DNA from: Azolla caroliniana
Lineage: Eukaryota; Plantae; Polypodiophyta
Assembly: GCA_043228905.1 (NCBI GenBank)
Contig: JBHGNT010000018.1
Coordinates: 9,796,001 to 9,860,000 of the forward strand
Length of the DNA stretch: 64,000 nucleotides
Direction of reading: 5' to 3'
Positions 13,309 through 26,430 of the stretch are shown in pieces. Within the stretch, counting starts at the first letter, position 1; each line of letters opens with the position of its first letter. The notes beneath the pieces were generated by a model that was given only the letters and a program-made list of their open reading frames with translations, was not told the DNA's origin and searched no databases. Position numbers and translations under genes: made by a program.

Positions 13309-13496
13309 CTCTACACTCGATCTTCTTCTTCTTCTTCTTCTTCTTTCACCTTTCTGTGTGTGTGTGTCTTGGGTTTGGAGATTGCTTGTGTGCCTTGGCG
13401 CTGTCTTTGAATAAACAGGCAAGCAGCCGTTCAGCCGTCTGAACAATGCTCTTCTCTGCATATTAGCAGGGGTGGTATTAGTAAGATCATAAGTAA

Positions 13497-13592
13497 TGTA
13501 TGTCTTGTATGTATGTGTATGTATGTATGTATGTATGTATGTATGTATGTATGTATGTATGTGATGTATGTACGTATATATATATATATATG
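13497..13592. repeat. (TATG)n/(TA)n microsatellite upstream of ZIFL
   Basis: Direct reading. Nearby tracts: (CTT)n at 13321-13345 and (CT)n at 13681-13700. Confidence 0.9.
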
Positions 13593-14071
13593 CATGTAGA
13601 TTGCGAGAGTGTGAGTGAGGAGTGGCATCTATTTGGAGGTGGTAATGGAGGGAGGAGGGGACTCCACCCAAAATGTGTGGCTCTCTCTCTCTCTCTCTCT
13701 ACCAATCCCTCGCGTGCTCGCGTGCGTTGTATTCTTTTTTATTGGAGAAAGAAAGAAAGAAAGAAAGATATATGAAAGTCTTCTAAAACCAAAATTGGCC
13801 CATGACACAATTTGTTTACAACAAATTTGGGGTATTTACCCATTCATCGAAAGTAAAAATAAAAATAAAATAGAGCTTAAGCTAAACCGTTCTAGTAATA
13901 AAATAAATAAATAAACATGTTCTATAAGGAGAGAGAAGTTGGTTATACATTTATGGTTGGGGTCCACATGCCTAATTTGATGATAGGACCATAATACTTC
14001 ACGCATGAGTTAAAAAGAGTTACGTTAATGTTTGAAATATCCCATGGTTAAAGGAGACTTGTGTTAATGTC

Positions 14072-14076
<5 letters not shown>

Positions 14077-14119
<43 letters not shown>
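14077..14119. repeat. (AG)n microsatellite
   Basis: Direct reading. Confidence 0.95.
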
Positions 14120-14121
<2 letters not shown>

Positions 14122-15639
14122 TTTGGATTATTCATACCCTTTAACATGAAGATATAGTTTCATTTCCAATTGAGAGACGTGTCATTTACCTAATGAGTTT
14201 TAATACAATGACACATACATTAGGATTCCAAAGAAACTGAAAAAGAGAGAAAGGAGGGGGGGTGTTATGATCAGCACGGCATATGCCACGTTTCGAAGAG
14301 CATTTTTTGGAACTATTACAATTTATCTATTCATGAAAGAGAGATCTCGAGGTTCTACTAAAAGACACAAATCTTTGAAAAGCAAAAGTGTTCATGTTCT
14401 AAGAGGGGGTAAAGTCTTCAAAAAGGGAGTTTACATTGATTCTTAAATGCATATACATTTGCTTGACAAACATTTGGAGTTTACCATAGTGAACGAATCA
14501 AAATCAAGTGGATGAACCTCGTGAGGCTTTTGAAATCTTCCATAAAGGCACGTTTAGGATTTAGGGTTTTGTAATAACAAAGGACACCACACAACTAGGC
14601 TTGTGGTTGAAGAATATCATGTTGGTAACTATTATTTTTTCTTTATCATGCTTTATTAGAACTCATTGACATTAATGATTCCATAGGTGCACAATTAAAA
14701 GAGGTCACTGATTTAAATGTCCCAAGTAGATGAGATAACTTTGTTAAACTATTTATCGAGTATTCTTTAGTCCCTTGAATATTGAAGAACTTCATTCGCA
14801 GTCTTAAAGGACGACGCTTAATAAAATTATGTGCTGCAATAAAATTTGACGGGTTGATTGGATTAGTTAGCATGCATTAGATTGTGCACTGCCATTAAAT
14901 AGTTGGAGCAAATCATGAAATCATTGTATATAAACATTAATTAAAAGACATCCAACTCTGCCAAACATTTTTTCACTCTACTTATATTGTCACGGAATTC
15001 TCTAGTAGTATATTCTCAATGTAGACAGTTTAGCACATGGATGTACATTAGTGATATACACATTGATCATGCAAATATTGATTAGAAGAATACACCAAGT
15101 GCCTTTATGTACAAAGGATCAAAATCATTGTTAGAAATAAATATATTTATATTAATGATATCATGATAGATATTATATATACATTACAAAATGTCGTATG
15201 AGATTATTCAAGAAAGATTGAAGGCAGACTTATGTGGGTTACATTAAATCATCTAGTTTATGGACTTTGTAAGAATTCACAATGTGTACAAAGTAAAAAG
15301 TGTGCAAGTTCTATTGTTTAGTTTTGTTGCTCATGCACAAATTTGTAATGATGAGAAAGATATAGAAATTAACAAGAAAAAATATGTACTCCTAGCACCG
15401 ACTCTCATCCCAACCATTCAATGTATAAGAGACTCTCATGGAATAGCCCGATAAAGTTACATCATTCACGAGGCTATCAATTGATCCCTAACCTCCCTTA
15501 TGATCGCGAGTTGAATATTCATAGTTTGAAGATTACTCCCTTCTAGAGTTATGTTTCTCACTATTGTATGGTTGAACGTCCCTAGTCTGAACGCCCTCCG
15601 AAAGTAATGTTCTTATAATTGAAAACAACTTGGGAGAAA

Positions 15640-16560
15640 GTACACTCGAGTGCTTTGTCATCTTCCCAAGTTGTTTTTGAATAGGTAAAGTTTTCCATTT
15701 GAAAAAAACCTTTGTCTATCATTTCATGCAAATCCATAATGGTTTTGGGTTAGGAGGCATTATAATTGTTGAAATGAGTGACAAGGCATCAACTACCAAT
15801 AAAACATCTTAAATTGAATGGTGATTTGGCAAACAAACTTGTTGAAGGGCATCTCAAAAAAATCACTTCAAAATTGGGCTACCTACACTATCTTTTAAAC
15901 AAAGGACCAGAAAAGTCAAATGAGTCAAGTTGTATTGAGATAAGCAAGATTTACATGCCACATCCTCAATCTCTTCAAGAATGTTAATCCTACCACAATA
16001 ATGTGTGGATAACTACTTGTCAAACTTATTTCTTCTCTAATACTTTAGGGTAAATGATGTGTCATTCCTAAAAAGCAATAAAGTGCCTTACCCATGTATG
16101 TACTCTTTTATATCAATCTTGAACACATTGGATATTGCGACAAATAGTATGCAACATAAAATGGTGTTCTTGGATAAATACTAAAATGGTGTTCTTGGAT
16201 AAATACGACAAGTAGTTGTAGTATGTGAAACTGTTGTTTCTAAACACTCAAAACCCCCACAAAAAACTGGCTTGATAACTTTTGAATGTGATTGTAGGTA
16301 ATTTCAGAAGGCAACCCATACAAATACTATAAATGCTCCACCACCATAGTTAAATGTGAACTCCTAATGTACTCCTAGTAACTATACATAATTATATTTT
16401 TGAATTGCTTGCAAGTACTCGATACACATAGATGATCCTGATTGAATCAACTCTAATTATATCCCTTTACATATTTTCCATTTGGCGAACAAGTGATGGG
16501 TGGGCTTCTTGATTTAGGACAACTTTTTCTTCCAAATTGTTGAGCTTTTAAAAGTTAGTT
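15640..16560 (-). mobile_element. Highly decayed Gypsy/chromovirus integrase and chromodomain relic
   Basis: Minus-strand fragments LYGLPSEI, FSGP (GPY/F-like) and KWKTLPIQKTTWED resemble the integrase-chromodomain end of the ORF at 55589. Many stops and frameshifts. Confidence 0.55.
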
Positions 16561-18786
16561 TTTTTCTCATTTAAAAAAATGGTTAGGTTTATGTTATTAT
16601 AATAAAAGCCAATGATAGTGATGGGGGGAAGATTATTTTAAATGTTACAAAACGGTGTGGCCAAGAGAAAGAACCGGTCGATTGTCGACGCGGCAAGGGC
16701 AATGCTAGAGGAGAAAAGCATGCCCAGGTTCTACTGGGTTGAGGCGGTTCGGATGGCCGTCTACATCCAAAACCGGATCGGAGATAAGGTGTCAGCACAT
16801 GAGCTGTATTTCGGGCGGAAGCCAAATTTGAGACATCTTCGGATATTCGGTAGCATAGCCTATGTGCATGTACCGGATGAGAAGCGGAGGAAGCTAGACC
16901 CAAAGTTGGAGAAGTACATACTCGTCGGCTACTCGCATGAATAGAAGGGTTATAAATGTTCTAACCCCCATACTAAACAGGTCCGAATAAGTCGAGATGT
17001 CGAGTTTGATGAGTCGGCATCATGGTACTCTCTACCGACTCCAACTCTCGACGAAGACCCGATTCCGGAGTATGAGATTAGTGAACACGGAGAGGTTCAA
17101 GTAGAAGATGAGGAATTCAGTACTCTAGATGAGAGTCTGATCTCATTCCGGCTAAGTGGGCTGAATGAGCGGCTGAGTCGGAATGACCAGTCAGATGAAG
17201 AACCGATGAGTAGAGGAGACTTTGCCGTGCTCTCCCTACTCAAGGAGCTGAGGAGATGGTTCACGCGCAAAGAGAAGGGGAAGAAGAAGATGTTGGAATA
17301 CGACACCGACAACGAAGAGTCAGATTGGAGTGATTCTGACTCCAGACAAAATAAAGTCGGATCTTCGGAAACGAAGTCCGAACCGGCCAAGAAGGGCCTC
17401 AAACCGACTTACGGAAAATTGCGCCGGTCCACCTGCCAAAAGAACCCAGTAAAATGGTATGAATACAATGAGTACATGGCACATCATTATGCGTACATGA
17501 CCAAGGTGGCGGAAGTGTGTGAGCCGGAGAGCTACGCAGAAGCAGCAAAAGACGCAAATTGGCATGTTGCTATGTAAGAAGAAATGTGGGCACTTGATGC
17601 CAACGACACTTGGGACTTGGTTAAGCCTCCCTGACAATGTAAACCAATCGGTTGCAAGTGGGTGTACAAGGTAAAGTACAATGCTGATGATTCAGTCAAC
17701 CGGTACAAGGCCCGGTTAGCGGCGACGGGATATGCACAGACCCACGGAATCGACTACAATGAGACCTTTGCTCTGGTAGCGAAGATGACGACGGTTCGTG
17801 TGGTACTAGTTATTGTTGCGGCAAGGGGATGACATCTTCACCAAATGGACGTGAAGAATGCGTTTCTTCAAGGGGAGCTTGAAGAACAGGTCTATATGAT
17901 CCAACCCCCCGGTTTTCAATCGGAGCTGAATAGGTCGACGGTGTGCCGACTCAAAAAGTACCTTTATGGTCTAAAGCAAGCCCCCCGAGGTTGGAATGCA
18001 AAAATCACGTACCGATTGCATAAGATGGGGTTTGTGGCCTCAAAGTTCGACTCTTCACTATTCATCCGGAAAGGTCTGGACGGTCCAGTTTGTATCCTAC
18101 TATACATAGATAATCTAGTCATCACCGGACCTGAACTTGATGAAATCGGCCGTGTGAAGTCCCAGTTGTCAGACGCATTTGCAATGAAGGACCTGGGGGA
18201 CCTTCACTATTTTCTTGGGATCAAGGTGATCCGGACCCCCGACGGCATATTGCTCTTACAACGCCATTATGTGTTGAATATGATGTACAAGTTCGGCATG
18301 AAGGAATGCCGACCAATCTCCACACCCCTGGACCAGAACTTGAAGCTACGTCCTGATTCCGGACCGGCCTGCGATGAGAAACGGTTCTGACAAATTGTCG
18401 GAAGCCTTATCTATTTGACAATCACCCGACGCGACATTAGTTATCCGGTCGGAGTGATCAACCAGTTTATGCAGAAGCCGACCGTGGAGTACCTTCAGTG
18501 CGCACATCGACTAATCCGATATGTGAGCGACACGAAGGACCAGGGACTGTTATACCGACATGGTATAGCCGGGAAGCTAGTCGGATATACCAATGCCGAC
18601 TGGGCTGGTGATGCATCAAATCGTTGATCCACCTCTGGTTACATGTTTTCTCTTGGTAGTGCGGTTGTTGCTTTGTTGTAGTGTAATTCGCACACTATGT
18701 GAAATATGTAAAAAATATATATCCGATTGTAGTACGCATAAATAAATAAAAGAAAATATTAAAAATATTGTTACATGCATAGGGCA

Positions 18787-18840
18787 GGATTTGAACCTTG
18801 TACCTCCATGTTAACGATTTTACGCCTTACCACTGTACTA
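18787..18840 (-). promoter_or_regulatory. tRNA-type Pol III A box and B box within Gypsy A LTR
   Basis: Minus strand TAGTACAGTGG, 32 nt, GGTTCAAATCC. Confidence 0.65.
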
Positions 18841-21399
18841 GCATATTATAAGTTTTAATGTTATACTAAACTTTATCCCATGTGAATATTCTAGATAAGC
18901 ATGATAGAAAAAGTTATTCATGCATACACACTCGAGTTAAAAGAAAAGATGTGATAGATAGCTAATAATGCACGTGTACATGTGTAGTGTGCATGAAAAC
19001 TAAAGTTAGAAAAAGCATGATGCTTGCATGTGATAAGCTTAGACTCTTCCATCACTATATAAGGAAGAGAGAAAGATGTATATGGTTGTTGATTTTTTAT
19101 AAGGGTTGATTAATATAAAATATTCGTGAGATTCACAATTTTGCCATCTATTTCTCTCTTACAATCTAAGTATCAATTAATACACTATAATCGTGGGATT
19201 CATGATTTTCATATCTTCTTCTTGCAATCTTTTCCTAACTAACATCATCTCATATTCTTCTTTCTCCTAGTCCAAAATCCCAACGGTTCCCACCCGACTC
19301 AGGCAAACGATCCGACGCCAAAGGCACGACACAAGTGGTGAACTCGACGTGAAACCCGGGTGGCAAGGAGATGGAAAATCAACCAGAAACTAACAACATG
19401 ATGGAGATGTTTGAGTGGATGCTACAAGAACAACACGCAATGTCGGAGATTGCGGCGGCAGTAGAGCGGCTCATGCAATGGAACGGGCAATTCAACGGGA
19501 AGGATGTGTCGCGATATTTGCGGGATTACAAGGCGGAAATGCTACGATGTGGAATATCGGAAGGATTACAGGTGACATCCTTCAATCGGTGGCTACGGAC
19601 GGGCTTCAAGGGAGTATCCACAGGATACGACAACAAAATCCGACGTGGGAAGCATTTGAAGAAGCGCTAAAGACCATGTTCGCCATCGAGGACTCCTCCA
19701 AGGCAACACAGAGAGGATTTGAAGATTGGGTGGATACGCCAAACAAGGGGCTGAAGGTCCTCGATGTGTTTTCGGCATTCGAAAGTCGGTTTGGTAGGTT
19801 GTCCGCAAGAGATCAAGCTATCCTCTTACCAAACAAAGTGGTTATGTTCTTACGAGCCGTGGATGTCCGGGACCGGAAAGATCTTGGAATGCTTCTAGAG
19901 AACACCACTACTGAGAGTGGCCTCACCAATACATGGGAAAACATGCAGGATATCGTTGCGCGATACACAAAGAGGGGGCAATGGCTTGGTAGTGAAGAAA
20001 AGAGGGTTTCGGAACCAATTCCGAAACCAAGATCTGGATTGGAAGACCATCGACTGTGGGCTCAGGAGACTACGACCGAGAAGGGAATCGATGCAACCAC
20101 AGTGGAGCAGTTGCTGAAGGAGATGGAGAATCTGAAAATCGCGATGGTGAAGAAGTTGGATGACCGTCCCACAAGTTCCAAGTATATGGACCGTCGATGC
20201 ATATGGTGCGATAGCACCGAACATGATCGGAGGGATTGCAACAAGCACAAGGAGACGCTACAATGGGACCTTAGCTACTACGAGGGAAATCAGATTCATT
20301 TGATGGACTCTCGGGAGCCACTCCGACCGAACTTCCGAAAAGGTGGCATGAAGAAGGTCCTAGAGGAGGAAATAGCGGCGAAAAGCAATTATGCAACAAC
20401 TGCGGGGATATGTGTGGGTGAGTCATCTAGAGCAAAGGCATCTTTTTGGCCGGAAGTGCTAGAAAACCTTGAGAAAACTGACTCTAATGAGATCCGAAGC
20501 ACCGCGGAAGGCATCTGAGAAGCTACGGGATGGGAGTGCCCCGTCGATAAGAATAGCGTATACGCTCTATGCCAATTACATGAGGTGTATGTAGATGAGA
20601 AACGACGGTGCATGGATGATGCAGTCGGACCATCAAAGACGCCGGAGAGCTGGAACTCCGAAGGGAAGGGGAAAGGAAAAACAATTCCAACATTCAAACT
20701 CGCTTCGGACATTGAGCAATGAATGAACTTAGAAAAGGTGTTCGAGGAGAGAATCCTCGATAGCTGGGTAGATTTTTCACTTCGGGAATTACTCGGAATA
20801 ACGAAGGAGTTCCACGATCTTCTTGTGGATCTCGTGAAGAGAAAAAGACAAAATACAGAGGAAAATGCTCCAAGGGTGAATGCAAATACCGTTCTAATGA
20901 TTGACACTGAAATGGACGAAGAAATTCCAAACTCCCACAACACAAGGCCACACTGGGCACACACAACTACGGAGACTGCGGTCCGAATCGGAAACATCAA
21001 GGAGCCCGTACTAGCATTGATTGATCATGGATCAGAGATCAATTTGATGTCCAAGGAGTTCTACCGAAAGGGGAAGTGGCCTATTAACACTAATCATGGA
21101 TGGAAGATCTGGGCATCCACTAAAACAACGGAAGATTTATTTGCGGCTTGTCCGGATGTGACGGTGAAGATCGAAGATGTGGAGATTGACCAAAATTTTT
21201 TCGTGCAAGATGAGGTCTCACACTTCGTGATCTTCGGACAACCCTTTATCACGGCTTCACGGATGGAGACAAAGGTGCTTGATAGCGGAGCGGCTTTTGC
21301 ACGAATTCGGAGCCAAAGCGGAGGGAAAACTGTCCAATTCCTAACCATGCCATCAAATCATGAAAGGAATAAGAGAGAGCTCTTGTCCCAAACAAAAAT

Positions 21400-21463
21400 A
21401 GATTTTTAAAGCGGACTGTTGTAGAGTGGGGAAATGATAGTCTGAGAAGCCCTAATACCCCAC
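21400..21463 (+). other. Putative -1 ribosomal frameshift signal (slippery site plus pseudoknot), Gypsy A
   Basis: A GAT TTT, 5-nt spacer, stem 1 CGGACTGTT/GATAGTCTG, stem 2 GTGGGG/CCCCAC. Pol lies in the -1 frame. Confidence 0.7.
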
Positions 21464-24400
21464 ACAGGAAGAAACCTCTCGGAGCAAAACAAGTACGTAT
21501 CGGTCCAGATGGGGCATCTACGTACACAACCGTAATCGGAGTAATGAAGAAAGAATTCCGAAAGGTGCAAGATGAGTTGTGGTCTGCATCAATAATAAAA
21601 GAAGACGAAGAAATCGTGGGAGTAGTCAAAGAAGTGTTCTATGGGAGCACGCTATAGCGGCTTGAAGAGCTTGCAGAAGAGAATAGCCAGGGAGACTGGG
21701 TAGTTCCGGTGGAATCGGTCGAGATGTATGAGATCATTGCAAAAATGGGGCTGGATGCGCTCCGCAAAGAAGAAGCAATGGTATGTATGAAATATAAGAC
21801 CGTGGAAAAGAAGGTAAAACCGGCCGCGGGACTGCTGCCTGCCGATAGCGAACAAAAGATGAAAGAAGTCTCGGGAGATCTAACACTTCAGAAGTCCGTG
21901 GATATCGGACATGCCTTTACGGATGAGACCCTGAAGAAACATCGGATCGGTGGAGGTGGGCCTCTCACAAAATGAAGAAGAACGGTTTCGTGAGATGTTG
22001 GAGTAGCATGGAAGAGCGTTTGCATTCACATCGAAAGAGATAGGGTGTGCTGACCCGAAAATAGTGGAGCCGATGGTGATCTTCACGATTGATCATGTGC
22101 CATGGAACCTGAAGCCGATTCCGGTGCCACGAGCGCATATTCCGAAAATCATTGACTTGCTCAAGGAGAAGGTGGTGATGGGGATTCTAGATCCATCAGA
22201 CGCTCCGTACTCAAATCGATGGTTTACGGTTCCGAAGAAGAATGGGTCACTCTGATTTATTCAAGATTTGCAACCGGTGAACAAGGTCACGATCCAGAAC
22301 CCCGGAGTCGGTCCGATAGTGGACGAATTTGCAGAAGCGTTTGCCGATCACACGATATACTCCATCGGAGACCTATACTCTGGGTATGACCAATTCCAAC
22401 TAGTTGTGGAGATTCGAGACATCACTACCATGCGAACACCAATAGGATTAGTCCGGATGTGCATGTTACCACAAGGCGCGATGAACTCGGTTGCACATAT
22501 GATGAATGCGATGAACAAGGTGCTCCGGGACTGCATTCTGGAGATAACGATGTTGTTCCTAGATGACATTCCGATAAAAGGATGTGCGGTGGAAGAAAAA
22601 GATGAGACTATGGATGATCGGGGATGCCGAAAGTTCGTGGTTGACCATATTCACGATTGCGAGAAAGTGTTACGGAAGTTAGAAGATATGCACCTAACAC
22701 TCTCTAGAGAGAAGTCGACATTCGGACAAGAGGAAATATTGGTAGTCAGACATCTATGTGGGCCCTACGGCTGAAGACCGTCGCCAGTCGAGATCAATGC
22801 GATGTAAGTTATGAAAGAAATATGTGAGTCACAATCCGAAGCCCGTAGATTTCTTGGGGCATGTGCATTCTATCACATATGGATTCCGCACTATACACAC
22901 ATTGCGGACCCACTCTACCACTTGTTGCGGAAGGGGAAGAAGTTCGAATGGAAACTGGAACATACCAAAGCCGTGAAGAAGCTCAAGAAATCACTACAAA
23001 GGGCAGAAGCACTTAAGAAGCCGAACTATGAACGACCGATTATAGTAATGGTTGATACAAGTCCAACCGGGATCGGATGGGTCATCAATCAAGCTGATTC
23101 GGATGGTTCACGATATCCGATCCAATTCGGAGAAAAGGTTCTCAATGAAAGGCAACGTGGATATGCACAAGTTAAACGAGAATTATGGGGAGTCGTGTCG
23201 GCGAGAAAATCAGATTGAGATTACTTGATTGGAGTCGAAGTGGTGATCGAAACAGATTGTCTTCCGATACTCGGGATGATGTGGTGTTGCACGATACCGG
23301 ATGTGGCTATGCTAAGATGGATTGAATATGTAAAGTCGCTTAATCCAGAGATACGACACATCTCCGAAAAAGAGAATGCGGTAGCAGATATGCTATCAAG
23401 GGCACGATTCGGAGACGACATAGCCGAATCCGATAATGAAGAAGTTTCCGAAAACTACTTTACTTCGGATCACATATGCCAGGTGAACGTAATCCGAGAA
23501 TTCCGGGAAGAAGAATACGAGGGAGAAAGCTTGCTGATTGGGAAAGTGCTACAAGAAATCGAGGAATCATCAAACAATAAAGAAAAGAGAGCTGAGATCT
23601 GAAGTAAGAAGTCGCAAGTCCAGAAGTTTTTCTTGAACAATGGATTAATCTGGAGGGAGCCAAAAAGACCAAATGGTATACCAGTACGGGTAGTCGGAAC
23701 AAAAGAGCAACAAAACCAGATAATGTCTGAATTTCACGATTCCCATTGGGTTGGACATCGGGGAACATGGGCAACATTTGCGAAGATCAAACAAAAATAT
23801 TGGTGGAAGAATATGTACAACGATGTAGCTGAGTTCACGGAAAGCTGTGAGAAATGTCAAATCTACTCTGGAGTTTGACACCGAGATGAATTACATCCGA
23901 CATTCTCACCGACAATCAACTTCAGATGGATGGTCGACATTGTGGCCATGACAACCGGGATCAGACAAAAGAAGTACTTGGTGTTAGCCCGGGAAGATCT
24001 AACAAACCAAGTAGAAGGACGAGCACTATAGAGGAAAACATGTTCCGCGGTATGCCAATTTCTCTTGGAAGAAGTGTTCTGCAGGTACGGGTGCATTGGA
24101 CAAGTGATTGCGGATCGGGGAGAACTTGATACTGTTAAAGCTAGGGAATTCTTCGTCAGACATGGAGTACAGTTAACATTAACCACGACATACAATCTGG
24201 AAGCCAACGGGAAGATCGAACGAGGACATAGTCCAATCATCAAAGCACTTGCAAAAGCATGCGATGGAAGGGTGAAGGATTGGCCGTAGATGCTTCCGTA
24301 TGCACTATGGGCGGATCACACAACGCATAGTTCCATGACCGGTTATATGCCAGCCGAACTTATGACCGGACAAGCACCGATAATGCTGACGGAAATTGCA

Positions 24401-26430
24401 ATTGCAACATGGACAGTGCTACCGTGGAAGGAAGAAATGAGCCAAGAAGAACTACTAGCGGTCCGGATACGACAACTAGAGGGAAGACCGGAAGACATAG
24501 CGGAAGCAACACGCCGACAACAGGAAGCGCGATTCTGGAACAAAGGTTGATTCGACACAAAGCATCGACTACGACCACAGAAGATTGAAGAAGGAGATTG
24601 GGTGATCGTCTATGACAATACTTTGGATCATCAACATACAATGATACAGAAGTTTGCTAAAAGGTGGTTCGGGCCATACAAGGTTCAGAAAGTTTTTGAC
24701 AACGGAACTTACCGACTATGTGAGTTGGATGGAACAGTACTACGAGTGCATAACATGGGGAAACGAGTGAAGATTTTCAAGAAGCGGACTAACGACAAAC
24801 CTTATGTAATCTTAAACAAGACCGACAATGAGGAGCAATCAGACAAAGATTGCAGTGATGCGGAAAGTGACGAAAGTGGACTACAATTGATAGTCGACAT
24901 AAGGGGAGAATCGGAGAGTGCTACGGATGAAGGCGAATAACAAGCATCGGGAACTTCGGCACATACCGGAGGATGTGCGGGTTCGGTGGGGGTGAGTGTC
25001 GTAGTGTAATTCGCATACTACGTGAAATATGTAAAAAATATATATCCGATTGTAGTACGCATAAATAAATAAAAGAAAATATTAAAAATATTGTTACTTG
25101 CACAGGGCAAGATTCAAACCTTGTACCTCCATGTTAACAATGTTAAGCCTTACCACTGTACTAGCATATTATGAGTTGTAAGGTTATACTAAACTTTATT
25201 CCATGTAAATATTCTAGATAAACATGATAGAAAAAGTTATTCATGTATACACACTCGAGTTAAAAGAAAAGATGTGATAGATAGCTAATCATGCACATGT
25301 AGTGTGCATGAAAACTAAAGTTAGAAAAAGCATGATGCTTGCATGTGATAAACTTAGACTCTTCCATCACTATATAAGGAAGAGAGAAAGATGTATATGG
25401 TTGTTGATTTTTTATAAGGGTTGATTAATATAAAATATTCGTGGGATTCACGATTTTGCCATCTATTTCTCTCTTACAATCTAAGTATCAATTAATACAC
25501 TATACTCGTGGGATGCACGATTTTCATATCTTCTTCTTGCAATCTTTTCCCAAATAACATGATGTCATATTCTTCGTTCTCCTAGTCCAAAACCCCTGCG
25601 GTTCCCACCCGACTCACGCAAACAATCCGGCGCTGAAAGGCACGACAGTGTGGAGTAGCAAAGAGCAGCCAATAGTGGCTCTATCGAGCACTGAAGCTGA
25701 ATATCGGGGCGCCACCATTGCCACATGTGAAGCCATCTAGCTTCAACGACTGCTACAAGACCTCCACATTGAGGTGTCGACCCCGATCCTGATTTATTGT
25801 GACAACATAAGCAACTTACAACTCGCCAAGAACCCTGTATTGCATGCTCAGACAAAGCACATAGAAGTGCATTATCACTTTGTTCGTGAGCGGGTCCTGA
25901 GCGGTGAAATTGAACTTTGGTATGTTCACACGGATCGGCAGGTCGCCGACATCTTCACCAAGTCGCTCGGATCGGAGAAGTTGTAGCACTTTTCGGAGAT
26001 GCTTGGCATTCAACGTCTCGATGTGCCGCACTTGAGGGGGAGAACGGGAACGGAAACAAGGACCCGGAGAGGAAGAAAGAACAAAGGGGGGAGATGAGTA
26101 GAAAAAGGAAGCCGAGCTGATTGAAGGAGTCGGCACATCCGAATAAGTCGGAGCAAGTGGCAGTGGTGACAGACTCAAGAAGGATAGAGCCGATGGAAGA
26201 AGGCCAAGACCTGGATGTGGTCTGATGTGGTGAAGGACTTGAAAACGAAAAATGAATCGGAGGCATCCGATTCGGACAAGAGCTGGAACGAATTGGAGGA
26301 AGCCGATTCAGCTCAACAATTTGATTCGGAGGAGCCGAATCAACTAAAGGCGAAGCGAACGAAAAGGCAGTAGAAGTCGACACCGATACGGAGGAACCGA
26401 TGGGTCGACAAGTGCTAGAGTCATAACAGT

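Larger units (their letters stand above)
18674..25647 (+). mobile_element. Full-length decayed non-chromovirus Gypsy family A (Phygy-like by inference)
   Basis: LTRs 18674-19331 and 24997-25647 (TG...CA). PBS TGGTGAACTCGACGTGA at 19336. Gag with CIWCDSTEHDRRDC, protease LIDHGSEIN, RT DLYSGYDQ / LPQGAMNS / FLDD, RNase H VDTSPTGIG, INT ADRGE / ANGKIERGH / WFGPY. PPT GGTGGGGGTGAG. Confidence 0.95.

Noticed and set aside
12979-13914. Long ORFs with YIHT/MYVC repeats
   Set aside because: These are translations of microsatellites. Only 13146-13308 (possibly up to 13461) is coding.
14400-15500. Possible gene or transposase upstream of ZIFL
   Set aside because: Only short ORFs with no motif I can recognise. 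A translated search would be needed.
16157-16206. Short tandem duplications (also about 6565-6612 and 33742-33805)
   Set aside because: These are ordinary slippage or repair duplications in decayed sequence.
18780-18843. Functional tRNA genes at the A/B-box sites (also 26461 and 36463)
   Set aside because: Acceptor and anticodon stems do not pair into a cloverleaf, and the sites are parts of LTRs.
20389-21000. Antisense ORFs over TE coding regions (also 40374-40952, 62796-63308)
   Set aside because: They are shadow frames of gag/pol with no recognisable motifs.
22555-22570. FLDD instead of YxDD as an unusual RT active site
   Set aside because: F at this position is common in Gypsy RTs and also occurs in the intact element at 55589.
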